Part shown: positions 26,873 through 35,085 of the stretch, in pieces
How positions within the stretch are numbered: the first letter of the stretch is position 1
Layout: each line of letters starts with the position of its first letter
DNA from: Patescibacteria group bacterium
GTDB lineage: Bacteria; Patescibacteriota; Patescibacteriia; 2-12-FULL-57-11
Assembly (NCBI GenBank): GCA_004297205.1
Contig: SCUL01000001.1
Location: 93,862 to 157,861, forward strand
Direction: 5' to 3'
DNA: 64,000 nt
Program-made: the position numbers and the translations under genes
Notes under the pieces: generated by a model
Told to the model about the DNA's origin: nothing
Databases searched by the model: none
What the model saw: only the letters and a program-made list of their open reading frames with translations

Positions 26873-27907
26873 TTACGAAGCCGACGGGCCGCCAAGGCGC
26901 TGGTTGGCGAGCTGTCCGCAGGCCGCGGCGATGTCCACGCCCGCCGAGTGGCGGATGGTGCAGGGCACGCCTTCGGCCATGACGGCTTCCTGGAACCGCT
27001 CGATCTCCGGGCGCGGCGTCGGCTTCCAGCTGAAAAAGGTCTGGTGGAACGGAATCAGGTTGACCTGCACGAGCGGCACGAACGGACGCAGCAGTTCGCC
27101 GAGTTCGCGCGCCAGCTCCGGCGTGTCGTTGATGCCGCGCAGCATGACGTATTCGATGAACAGCTTGCGGTTGGTCTTTTCGAGGTAGGTCTTGCAGGCG
27201 GCCATCAACTTCTCAAGCGGATAGGCCCTGTTGACCGGCATGATTTTGCTGCGCACCTCGTCGTTCGGCGCGTGCAGCGACACCGCCAGGTTGATCTGCA
27301 AGGGATAGTCGGCCAGTTTCAGGATGCCGGGCACGATGCCGCAGGTGGAAATGGAAATGCGGCGCGCGCCGAGCCCGAGTCCCTGCTCGTCGTTCATCTG
27401 CTCGACGGCGGGGAGGACCGCTTCCAGATTCTGGAGCGGCTCGCCCATGCCCATGAACACCACGTTCGTGACTTTCTCGCCCTCGCCGCGCGACTTCAAC
27501 AGCCGCTCAAAGTACAGCACCTGATCGACGATTTCGTCGGCCGTCAGGTTCCGCTTGAACCCCATGGTGCCGGTGGCACAAAAGCCGCACTTCATGGCGC
27601 AGCCCACCTGGGAGGAGACGCAGATCGTGCGGAACTCCTTGTTCGGGATCATCACGGCTTCGATTTCCTTGCCGTCCAGGAGCTTAAACAGGACTTTGAT
27701 CGTGCCGTCCTTGGACTGCGCGGTGTGCGACGGCTCCAGGGTCAGGGTCGGTTCATTTTCGAGCGCCGCGCGCAGCCCCTTGCTCAGCGTCGTGATATCA
27801 GAAAAACGCGCCACCTTCTGGACGTAGATGGCGTTCTCGATCTGCCGCATGCGGAAAGCGGGCTCTTTCCGCTCCTCCAGGATGGCTGCGATGCGCGCGC
27901 GGTCCAT
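26873..27907 (-). CDS. rlmN: 23S rRNA (adenine2503-C2)-methyltransferase RlmN (radical SAM)
   Basis: The radical-SAM cluster motif SSQVGCAMKCGFCATG and the RlmN C-terminal Cys. Confidence 0.9.
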   Translation of the reverse strand: MDRARIAAILEERKEPAFRMRQIENAIYVQKVARFSDITTLSKGLRAALENEPTLTLEPSHTAQSKDGTIKVLFKLLDGKEIEAVMIPNKEFRTICVSSQVGCAMKCGFCATGTMGFKRNLTADEIVDQVLYFERLLKSRGEGEKVTNVVFMGMGEPLQNLEAVLPAVEQMNDEQGLGLGARRISISTCGIVPGILKLADYPLQINLAVSLHAPNDEVRSKIMPVNRAYPLEKLMAACKTYLEKTNRKLFIEYVMLRGINDTPELARELGELLRPFVPLVQVNLIPFHQTFFSWKPTPRPEIERFQEAVMAEGVPCTIRHSAGVDIAAACGQLANQRLGGPSAS

Positions 27908-28713
27908 AGCCGCCGAGTTCTACCATCAAAAAACGAACGTGTCCAGTAGTGCGGCAAAAAAAATCGGCACCCCGCAGCGTCACCGGAAGCAGTCACATGC
28001 TCCGGAGAAACGCAGGATGCCTTCTCCGCGGATGCCCGCGGACGGAGTGCCCACCTCCGGGTACTTCGTGAATCACGCTACTTCCTCGGCGTCGCGCTGG
28101 CCGCGACGGTGATGGCCGGCCACCTCTTTGCTTTCCAGGCAGATGGCACCTGGGGCTGTGTCCCTCCTGCCGGTCACGGAATGGTCTTGGAACGGCGTGT
28201 GTGACGACGCCGTGTCCGCACATCCGCGCTGACCGACAGACCCTGCCAGGGCCCGTGCTTCTCCCTTCACCCGCAATGTTCTTCGAGAAGCGGGACTGTG
28301 ATGGTCTTTTGGACCGTACGGTCTCTCGGAGTCACGGAAGTCCACAAAAATGTGGGTGTCGAGTGACGTGGCTCCGGTCGCGTACTCGCACTTTTTGTGA
28401 CGCGCGGTGCTTGGCGCGGCCGTTCGTGGCGCTCGGATCGGCCACGACGCGGCGGAAGACGATCTCCTCTCGGGTTGGCGCCCCTCCAGAAGGGCGCGCA
28501 GGGTTGTGACGTGCCGGTCCTGCCTCCGCAGCCGGGCGGGCTGCGGACGCGACGGTTCTCAGAACCGTCGGCAGGCGGGCACACGATGACGGTTCGAGTC
28601 TCAACGGTCTACCGACCCATCTCACACACGCATAGGACGTACCTCCCGCGTTGTTCCCCGCTCTGGGGTACCTGCCTTATAGCAGATAGCCGTGGTCGTG
28701 TCAATCCTCGCAC
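27908..28713. other. ~800-bp GC-rich region with no convincing ORF in any frame. Candidate structured ncRNA locus or decayed gene.
   Basis: Only short R/A/G-rich ORFs occur, in all six frames. It contains a perfect hairpin GACGGTTC-tca-GAACCGTC (~28552) and several other stems. No rRNA, tRNA, tmRNA, RNase P or SRP signature could be confirmed by eye. Confidence 0.3.
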
Positions 28714-29124
28714 TTAGCGCCACCCTCGTTGTTCTTCTAGCTGATGCAGCTCCTCGTCATCCAACCCGTATTGATGGGCGACTTCGTGCCACAGCGTGCG
28801 GCGAATTTCTTCGCGGACATGGTCTTCGAGCGCGCCGCCCTCGTTGGCGTGGATGTCGGCGGCTTCGTCTTCGATCGCTTCTTGAAACAAGTAAATGCGC
28901 GATGGCAGCAGACCGGAAACCTCGGGGCCGCGGTCCACGTCGGCCACGCCTTCGAACAAGCCGAGCAGATCATCGGTGTCCGGGTCCATCCCCTGCTCCC
29001 GGATCTGCGCGTCGGTCGCGAACGGCTGCACCTCGACCACCAGTTCTTCCAGCCGGTCGCGCACCGGCGCCGGCAAGGCGGCGATGGCTTCACTGACCAA
29101 CCGGTCGAACTCCGCAGCGGTCAT
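28714..29124 (-). CDS. DUF1025-like putative zinc metallopeptidase (HExxH, LWHEVAHQYG)
   Basis: Start at the internal Met MTAAEFDRLVSEAIAALP. The HEVAH motif is present. The start is 1 nt from the pepF stop. Confidence 0.6.
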   Translation of the reverse strand: MTAAEFDRLVSEAIAALPAPVRDRLEELVVEVQPFATDAQIREQGMDPDTDDLLGLFEGVADVDRGPEVSGLLPSRIYLFQEAIEDEAADIHANEGGALEDHVREEIRRTLWHEVAHQYGLDDEELHQLEEQRGWR

Positions 29125-29125
29125 A

Positions 29126-30904
29126 CTAGGCGAGCGATTCCAGCTCGGCGACCAGCGCTTCGACCGAAGCGAGCGTCTGCGCGTACAGGTTCGGATCATC
29201 CAGCCGCAAGCCGAAGTCGGCGAGCAGTTCCTGCGGCGAGCGTGTTGCGCCGGCAGCGAGGAAGGCGCGGTAGGCGGGCACGAACCGCTCCCCCCTTTCG
29301 CCGCGCTTGGCGATCAGGGCGCGGACCACGCACATGCTCATGGCGTAGCTGTAGACGTAGAACGGATGGTCGAAGACGTGCGGGATGCGCGCCCACTCGT
29401 ATTGCTCAAACGGCAGCGTTTCGAGCGCGTCGCCGTTGCGTTCCGTGACGAGCCGGAGCCAGGTCGTGTTCAACCACTCGGCAGTGAGGCCGGTTTCGCG
29501 GACGCGGGCGTGCGCCTCCCGCTCGAAACGCGCAATCAATCCTTGGCGGAACAGCGCGTTCAGCACGTCGTCGATTTTGCCGGCCAACACGGTGCGAAAC
29601 TCCTCCGGTTTCAACGTCGTCCGGTAGCGCTCCAGCAGCAAATCCTCGTTGAGCTGGGAGGCCGTCTCGGCAATGACATACGCCGTGTGCCGGACCGCGT
29701 ACGGCGCTCCGGCCGCATGAAGCGCGTGCACGCCGTGACCGAGTTCGTGCGCCAAGGTAAAGGCATCACGCAGGGTCGGCTCCCAGTTCAGGAGCAGGTA
29801 GGGATGGTCCGGCGCGCCCCAGCAGTAGGCGCCTTTATATTTGGTTGCTTTGACCGGCACGTCGATCCACGGTTCGTCGCGGAAGCGGCGCGTCATGGCC
29901 GCATACTCCGCGTCGAACGAACCGAGCGCGGCTTCCACGTCCTCCCAGGCCGCGGCGTAACTGCGCGACGGCATGGCACCGCCGATCGGCGCGTAAATGT
30001 CGGCGCTCGTTTGTTTCTTCAAGCCGATCAGTTTGGCCTTGAGTCGGTAGAAGCGGCGGAACAATTCTTCGTTCTTTTCCAAAACGCCGAGCATGGCGTC
30101 GACGGCCGCCGGCGGCACGCCCGCTTCGGTGGCTTCCCGTTCCTGACCGCCGCCGTAGCTGCGCAGGTCGCGGCTTTCCGTCTCATAGTCGCCGACTACC
30201 TGGTTGTAGGCGTGCGCGTAGACGGCGATATCCGGCGCGTAAGATTCCTTCATGCGTTGATGCGCCTCGAGACGCACCGCCGAATCGGCATGATGGACGA
30301 GCTGCTGGATGTTGAGCCGGATGTCCGTGTCTTTGCCGTCGACGCGCATCGTCCCCGGCTTCTGGCGGTTGTCGAGCTCGAGGCGCAGGCGCGACCAGGC
30401 TTCATGCGAGGTGGCACGCTTCAGGGCCACAACCCGCTCTTCGCCGTCCGAGAGCGTGTGCGGAGCAAGCAGACGCGCCTGGGTGATCATCCAGCGGTAC
30501 GGAGCGAGTTCGGGAGCTGCCAGCGCGGCATCCGCGTAAGCGGCGTTCCAGGCCTGGATGCCGGACGTCAAAAAGACGAAGGCGGCGTGCCAACCGGCCA
30601 CTTCGCGGTCGATACGTTCCGAATACGACTTGGCGGCCGTGTCATCGGTGTCGCGGTGGTAGCGGAAGGTGGCCCAGGCATGAAGCGATTCAATCGCTTC
30701 TACGACGGTATTCCAACGGGCCAACAACGCCGCGAGCTCCACAACCGTCAGGGTCCCGGCGCGAAAAGTCTCCTTCTGCGCGACGATGGCGGCGGTTTCC
30801 CGCTCAATCGTCTCGCGCAGTTTCTTGTACCGCGCATCGTCCGGTCCGGTCGGAAAATCAGCCACGTGCCACTCGGGAAGTCTTTCAGTCATTGTCTTCT
30901 TCAT
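29126..30904 (-). CDS. pepF: oligoendopeptidase F (M3B family)
   Basis: HELGHGVH zinc-binding motif, about 590 aa. Confidence 0.85.
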   Translation of the reverse strand: MKKTMTERLPEWHVADFPTGPDDARYKKLRETIERETAAIVAQKETFRAGTLTVVELAALLARWNTVVEAIESLHAWATFRYHRDTDDTAAKSYSERIDREVAGWHAAFVFLTSGIQAWNAAYADAALAAPELAPYRWMITQARLLAPHTLSDGEERVVALKRATSHEAWSRLRLELDNRQKPGTMRVDGKDTDIRLNIQQLVHHADSAVRLEAHQRMKESYAPDIAVYAHAYNQVVGDYETESRDLRSYGGGQEREATEAGVPPAAVDAMLGVLEKNEELFRRFYRLKAKLIGLKKQTSADIYAPIGGAMPSRSYAAAWEDVEAALGSFDAEYAAMTRRFRDEPWIDVPVKATKYKGAYCWGAPDHPYLLLNWEPTLRDAFTLAHELGHGVHALHAAGAPYAVRHTAYVIAETASQLNEDLLLERYRTTLKPEEFRTVLAGKIDDVLNALFRQGLIARFEREAHARVRETGLTAEWLNTTWLRLVTERNGDALETLPFEQYEWARIPHVFDHPFYVYSYAMSMCVVRALIAKRGERGERFVPAYRAFLAAGATRSPQELLADFGLRLDDPNLYAQTLASVEALVAELESLA

Positions 30905-31045
30905 AGATAGGCGGTATGCGGATCAGACGGTACGCGTTGCTGCGGAGACGGTCCATCCGGCATTTCTTATCGCTGCCGGACCTTCATCCCAAGCCACCGG
31001 CAGCGAGCGCCGGATGGTTCGCGTACCGGATGAGACGCGTGCCGC

Positions 31046-31678
31046 CTATGTCTCCCCCGCGTCGTGCGCCGGGAACGGCTTGCTGCGCAAGAGGTTCGCC
31101 AAAATGACGAGATTGCGGACGAAGCGGCGGTTCATCTCGGCAACGTCCTGGTTCTGCGCCAGCCGCACGCGGGTCGGCGGCCGCTTCACGCCGACCTCGC
31201 CGACCCAGTAGCACAGGCTCTCCGGCGGAAAGGCGAACCCCAGGAACTGCAGCGTATTCATGATGTGCTGGCCGACCTGCTGCGCGCCGTCCTCGGAACC
31301 GGTCGTGAGCACGCCGGCGGCCTTGTTGTAGAGCTTGCTGGTGCGCGTGCGGAGGTATTCCTCATCGAACGCGTCCATCCGCTCCAAGGCACGCTGGACG
31401 AGCGAGGACGGCCCAGGCCCCCACCAGACCGGCGAGGCCATGATCAAGATGTCGCAGGCGGCGATGGCGCGGGCGATCTTCGGCCAATCGTCCCCCTTGC
31501 CCTCGTTGTGACGCAGGCCGGGCAGCACGTTCTCCCCGATCAAGCGGATGACGCGGCTGCGCACCCCCGCTTTGGAGAGCCGGTTGCGCGTCATGATGAC
31601 CAGATCTTCGATGCTTGAGCCGGACGTGCGGTTGAGTCCGCCCTCCAAGATGAGCGCGGTCAGAGGTTTCTTTGGCAT
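31046..31678 (-). CDS. NAD(P)H-dependent FMN reductase / flavodoxin-like fold oxidoreductase
   Basis: LIMASPVWWGPGPSSLVQRALERM is typical of the PF03358-like FMN reductase family. Confidence 0.7.
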   Translation of the reverse strand: MPKKPLTALILEGGLNRTSGSSIEDLVIMTRNRLSKAGVRSRVIRLIGENVLPGLRHNEGKGDDWPKIARAIAACDILIMASPVWWGPGPSSLVQRALERMDAFDEEYLRTRTSKLYNKAAGVLTTGSEDGAQQVGQHIMNTLQFLGFAFPPESLCYWVGEVGVKRPPTRVRLAQNQDVAEMNRRFVRNLVILANLLRSKPFPAHDAGET

Positions 31679-31734
31679 ATCACGGACAGCGTATCAGAAA
31701 AGCGCTCCGTTCGGGAGCGCTTTTCTGCCGACCG

Positions 31735-32025
31735 TTACATGCCGCCCATGGGCTTGGCACCGCCAGCGGCCGGAGCACCCGGCTCATTCTTGCACGCTCC
31801 GCCGCAGCAGGCCTTACAGCCCTTGCACATGCCCTTGGTGAGCATGAACAGCGCCGAGAGGCCGACCACGATGTAGACGATGCGTTCCACCATCGGCACG
31901 CTGCCGAGAATGGCGTTGACCAGGTTGAAGTCGAACGCGCCGATCAGACCCCAGTTCACCGCGCCGATCCACATCAGCCAGTAGGTGACCATGTGGACGC
32001 CGCACATCTTGTGATGTCCCATCAT
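31735..32025 (-). CDS. DUF378-family small membrane protein with a Cys-rich C-terminal tail
   Basis: WIGAVNWGLIGAFDFNLVNAILG...RIVYIVVGLSALFML is the DUF378 pattern. Tail CKGCKACCGGACK. Confidence 0.65.
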   Translation of the reverse strand: MMGHHKMCGVHMVTYWLMWIGAVNWGLIGAFDFNLVNAILGSVPMVERIVYIVVGLSALFMLTKGMCKGCKACCGGACKNEPGAPAAGGAKPMGGM

Positions 32026-32052
32026 ACTGCTGGATAAAAACGAACACCGTGC

Positions 32053-32325
32053 TTAGAGCACGGCGTCCTTCACTGCCTTGGCGAGGCGGAATTTAACCAC
32101 CGTCTTGGCCGGAATCTGGATCGAGGCGCCGGTCATCGGGTTGCGGCCGGTGCGCGCTTCACGGCGCTTCTTCACCAGCTTGCCGAAGCCCGGGAGGGCG
32201 AATTCCCCGCTCTTTTTGACCTCGTCGTAGGCCATGGCGGCGAGCTGATCCATGATCTCCCCGACCTGCTTCTTGGTCGTGCCGGTCTTTTCGGCCAGCA
32301 TTCCGAACAGCTGAGTCTTCGACAT
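32053..32325 (-). CDS. hup: DNA-binding protein HU
   Basis: MSKTQLFGMLAEKTGTTKKQVGEIMDQL...GFGKLVKKRREARTGRNPMTGASIQIPA. Start at Met 12 of the track ORF gives 90 aa. An alternative Met lies 3 codons upstream. Confidence 0.85.
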   Translation of the reverse strand: MSKTQLFGMLAEKTGTTKKQVGEIMDQLAAMAYDEVKKSGEFALPGFGKLVKKRREARTGRNPMTGASIQIPAKTVVKFRLAKAVKDAVL

Positions 32326-32370
32326 CTTTGCCATAAGGCGCGGACAGTAAGTTATCAACAGGGTCTATTA

Positions 32371-32406
32371 TTACAGAAAACGGGCGGTTTTTGAACACGC
32401 CGCCCG
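32371..32406 (-). terminator. intrinsic terminator hairpin CGGGCGG-loop-CCGCCCG followed on the minus strand by TTTTCTGTAATAAT
   Basis: Located at the 3' end of the 32415..32882 gene. The AT-rich tract may also serve as the hup promoter -10. Confidence 0.45.
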
Positions 32407-32414
32407 CGATCCGT

Positions 32415-32882
32415 CTAGGGGAGGAGGCCCGGAACGTTCTGGGCTTCAATCGTGAAGCAGGTGCGGCCCTGGCCGTGTTTCCAGAAATCCGCGCCTTGCC
32501 CGACGTAATACGGCCGCGCGTATTTGTCCTGTGCCGCCTCGGCGGTCGCGTCCGTTTCGAACGTCGCGCACATTTCGTAGGTTTTTCCGGCAGTCACGCG
32601 GTATTCGTAGGCTTCCTGGGTACGCGGATCAAGCAGCGACGGGACGTAGTATTCCCGGCGGTTCTGCAAGTCCGTCAGGGCTTCCGGCAAGCGGGCGTTG
32701 CGGGTCCAGTACTGGTCCACGGCTTGGGAGAGCTGCTGCAGATCGTTGATCCGGCGGGCGTCGAACTGCCGGGCCCGTTCCTGGCTGGGCGAACCGGCCA
32801 CGAACAATCCGCCGATGGCCGCCGCTGCCACGGCCAGGATGACCGCGCCCACGAAGATCTTTTTGCCCATGTCTTTTTGCAT
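32415..32882 (-). CDS. hypothetical membrane-anchored protein
   Basis: Start at the internal Met MQKDMGKKIFVGAVILAVAAAAIGG (TM anchor), with AAGGAAG 5 nt upstream. Confidence 0.5.
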   Translation of the reverse strand: MQKDMGKKIFVGAVILAVAAAAIGGLFVAGSPSQERARQFDARRINDLQQLSQAVDQYWTRNARLPEALTDLQNRREYYVPSLLDPRTQEAYEYRVTAGKTYEMCATFETDATAEAAQDKYARPYYVGQGADFWKHGQGRTCFTIEAQNVPGLLP

Positions 32883-32883
32883 G

Positions 32884-33519
32884 TCAAGCTTCCTTCTCTT
32901 CTTGGCGGAGATCCCACAGGTAGTACCCAAAGATGGTGCCGGCAATGCCGCCGACGACCAGCACCTTCAGGACGAAGCGCAGGGTCAGTTCGCCGCCCAG
33001 GACGTTGAAGACGAGCGTGATGAGGTCGCCGATGATGATGCCGGCGGCCACGAACAGCGTGAGGTACGTCAACCACTTGCGGACCTTGGAACCGCGCTTC
33101 TCCGGATCCTTCGCAATCGCCCTGTTCAGCATTCTGGAAAGCCACAGGAAGACCGGGAAGGCGATGATCAACGACGCCGTGGACCAACGGATGGCCTGCA
33201 GCGAGTTGTCGTAGACGTAGTCGCCCACCAGCGGGTCCGGCAACCAGCGATTGATGAACTGGAACAGCAATGTTCCGAAGCTGAAGGAGCTGATGTACAG
33301 CGTCAGGAAAAGCACCAGATACAGGAACGCTTCCCGGGCCGAGAGATACGGCTTGCGCCGCGGTACCGGCACGGGGAAGGTCACGTCGGCGTAGGCGCTG
33401 AGGGCGTTCTTGACCTCGTCGGCGTTCCAGCCGGCCTTGCCGAGCGTGTCCCGGATTTGTTCCCGGGTGGCGCCTTTCAGCAGCGCATCTCGGACGAACG
33501 ACTGCAATTCATTGGGCAT
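32884..33519 (-). CDS. DUF5671-like membrane protein
   Basis: Soluble N-terminal domain followed by four TM helices. The architecture is typical of DUF5671 proteins found in CPR-type genomes. Confidence 0.5.
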   Translation of the reverse strand: MPNELQSFVRDALLKGATREQIRDTLGKAGWNADEVKNALSAYADVTFPVPVPRRKPYLSAREAFLYLVLFLTLYISSFSFGTLLFQFINRWLPDPLVGDYVYDNSLQAIRWSTASLIIAFPVFLWLSRMLNRAIAKDPEKRGSKVRKWLTYLTLFVAAGIIIGDLITLVFNVLGGELTLRFVLKVLVVGGIAGTIFGYYLWDLRQEEKEA

Positions 33520-33578
33520 AGCAGGAAAAAAGTACCATTTTCAGCCGTTTTCCACAACGGCGCGCGGATCGCCGGGTC

Positions 33579-35021
33579 CTACTGGATATGGACGGTCGTG
33601 CCCAGCTCGGCCCAGTCGTAGACCCATTTGGAATCTGCCAGGGAGACGTTGATGCAACCGTGGCTCATGGGGACGCCGAAGTTGTTGTGCCAATAGGCGT
33701 CGTGAATGTAAAAACGCGGCTTGAAGTTGAGGTTCCACGGGACGTTCTTGAGGTTGTAGTTGTTGGGGTTGCCCGGCCCGTAGCTCCAGCGGTAATCCAT
33801 GAGCGGCACTTTGCGGAAGATCGCGAAGGTGCCGGTCGGCGACGGAAAGCGGGCCGTGCCCGAGCTGATCAGGAAGGTGTGGGCGAGACGGCCGTTCTCC
33901 CAGGCCCACAGCTGCTGGCGGGCAAGATTCACTTCGATATGCTTGCCCGATACGGATGCCGCGTCCGCCGCCGCGGTCGCCACCAACGACGGGGCCACCG
34001 TGCGCGGCGCCGGAGCGGCCACCAGTTCCGGCCGGGCGTCGCCGTCGACGTCGCCCGCGACGGCGCGGACCGCGTCGGCCTGGGTCGGACCGTACGGCTG
34101 CCAGCTGCGCAACAAGACGCCGCCCATGGTGTAGGCGCGCACCTCGGTCCCGACGAGCTGGGAGATGATGATGTCGACTTTGCCGTCGCCGCTGCCGTCC
34201 CCCGCGCTGAGCTCGACGCCCGAGGCGTAGGCCGGCTCCGACCCGCTGAAGGCGACGGCGAGCTCCGGCTTCCCCGAGGTGAAGCGGAAGACGCGCACTT
34301 CGCTCTCCCCCGCCCCCTGCCGGGCGACCGCGAGTTCGTCGCGGCCGTCGCCGTTGAAGTCGCCGCCGGCCACGGAAACGCCCTGGGTCATTGTCGCTTC
34401 GAAGGCGAAAAATTCCATGACCAGGGAGCCGTCCGGACGGAAGGCACGGATATGCGGCCCGCCGCCCGCGCCCGGCCCGGTGATGATTTCGTCGCTGCCG
34501 TCGCCGTCCACGTCCGCCGCGGTCACGGAAAGACCGCCGCGAAAGGCGCGGTCGTAAGCCGAGAATCCGTTCTCGTTGAAAAGCTCCGTGCCGGTGCGGT
34601 TCCAGACACGGACGTGCGGTCCGCCGCCGAAGCCGGGCGTGGTGACGATCTCCCGGGAATTGTCGTTGTTGAAGTCCCCGACCGCCACGTTGACGCCGCG
34701 GGCAAAGGCTTTGTCGTAGGCCAGGAAGGTTCCCAGCAACTTGGCGTCACCGGTCAGCACGCGCACCCGCGGTTCTTTCCCCAACCCCTCCGCAAGGACG
34801 ATCTCCAGTTTGCCGTCGCCGGTGAGCTCGCCGAGCGCGACATTCGCGCCGCCGACATCGAACCGGCCGAACGTGGAAAGCACCTGCTTGGCGGTGCTGG
34901 TGGTCGCGCCGTCGAAGACTTTGGCGGGCGGCAGCGGCAGATATTTGGCGTGCGCCGGAACGGAGACGGCGAAGACGGCCAGAACGCCCAAGACCACCGC
35001 CGCCGTGTCACGTCGTTTCAT
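33579..35021 (-). CDS. FG-GAP/VCBS repeat beta-propeller protein fused to a C-terminal L,D-transpeptidase (YkuD) domain
   Basis: Repeats of the form GDFNNDNSREIV / ADVDGDGSDEII / GDFNGDGRDELAV. The C-terminal YIHDAYWHNNFGVPMSHGCINVS carries the YkuD catalytic His/Cys. Start at the internal Met MKRRDTAAVVLGVL (signal peptide). Confidence 0.75.
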   Translation of the reverse strand: MKRRDTAAVVLGVLAVFAVSVPAHAKYLPLPPAKVFDGATTSTAKQVLSTFGRFDVGGANVALGELTGDGKLEIVLAEGLGKEPRVRVLTGDAKLLGTFLAYDKAFARGVNVAVGDFNNDNSREIVTTPGFGGGPHVRVWNRTGTELFNENGFSAYDRAFRGGLSVTAADVDGDGSDEIITGPGAGGGPHIRAFRPDGSLVMEFFAFEATMTQGVSVAGGDFNGDGRDELAVARQGAGESEVRVFRFTSGKPELAVAFSGSEPAYASGVELSAGDGSGDGKVDIIISQLVGTEVRAYTMGGVLLRSWQPYGPTQADAVRAVAGDVDGDARPELVAAPAPRTVAPSLVATAAADAASVSGKHIEVNLARQQLWAWENGRLAHTFLISSGTARFPSPTGTFAIFRKVPLMDYRWSYGPGNPNNYNLKNVPWNLNFKPRFYIHDAYWHNNFGVPMSHGCINVSLADSKWVYDWAELGTTVHIQ

Positions 35022-35085
35022 ATCTTCATATTGAATCAAATCCGCACATGCTCGTACAGGGGAAAACCGCGCGGACTCCCCCTCC

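Noticed and set aside
25331-27949. 872-aa plus-strand ORF
   Set aside because: It is antisense to the GT-like gene and rlmN. It is a typical long stop-free antisense frame in GC-rich DNA.
28585-28615. tRNA-like T-loop motif ggttcgagtctc
   Set aside because: The flanking bases cannot form a T-stem or an acceptor stem, so this is not a tRNA or a tmRNA 3' end.
28895-30910. 671-aa plus-strand ORF
   Set aside because: It is antisense to pepF, which has the HELGHGVH motif.
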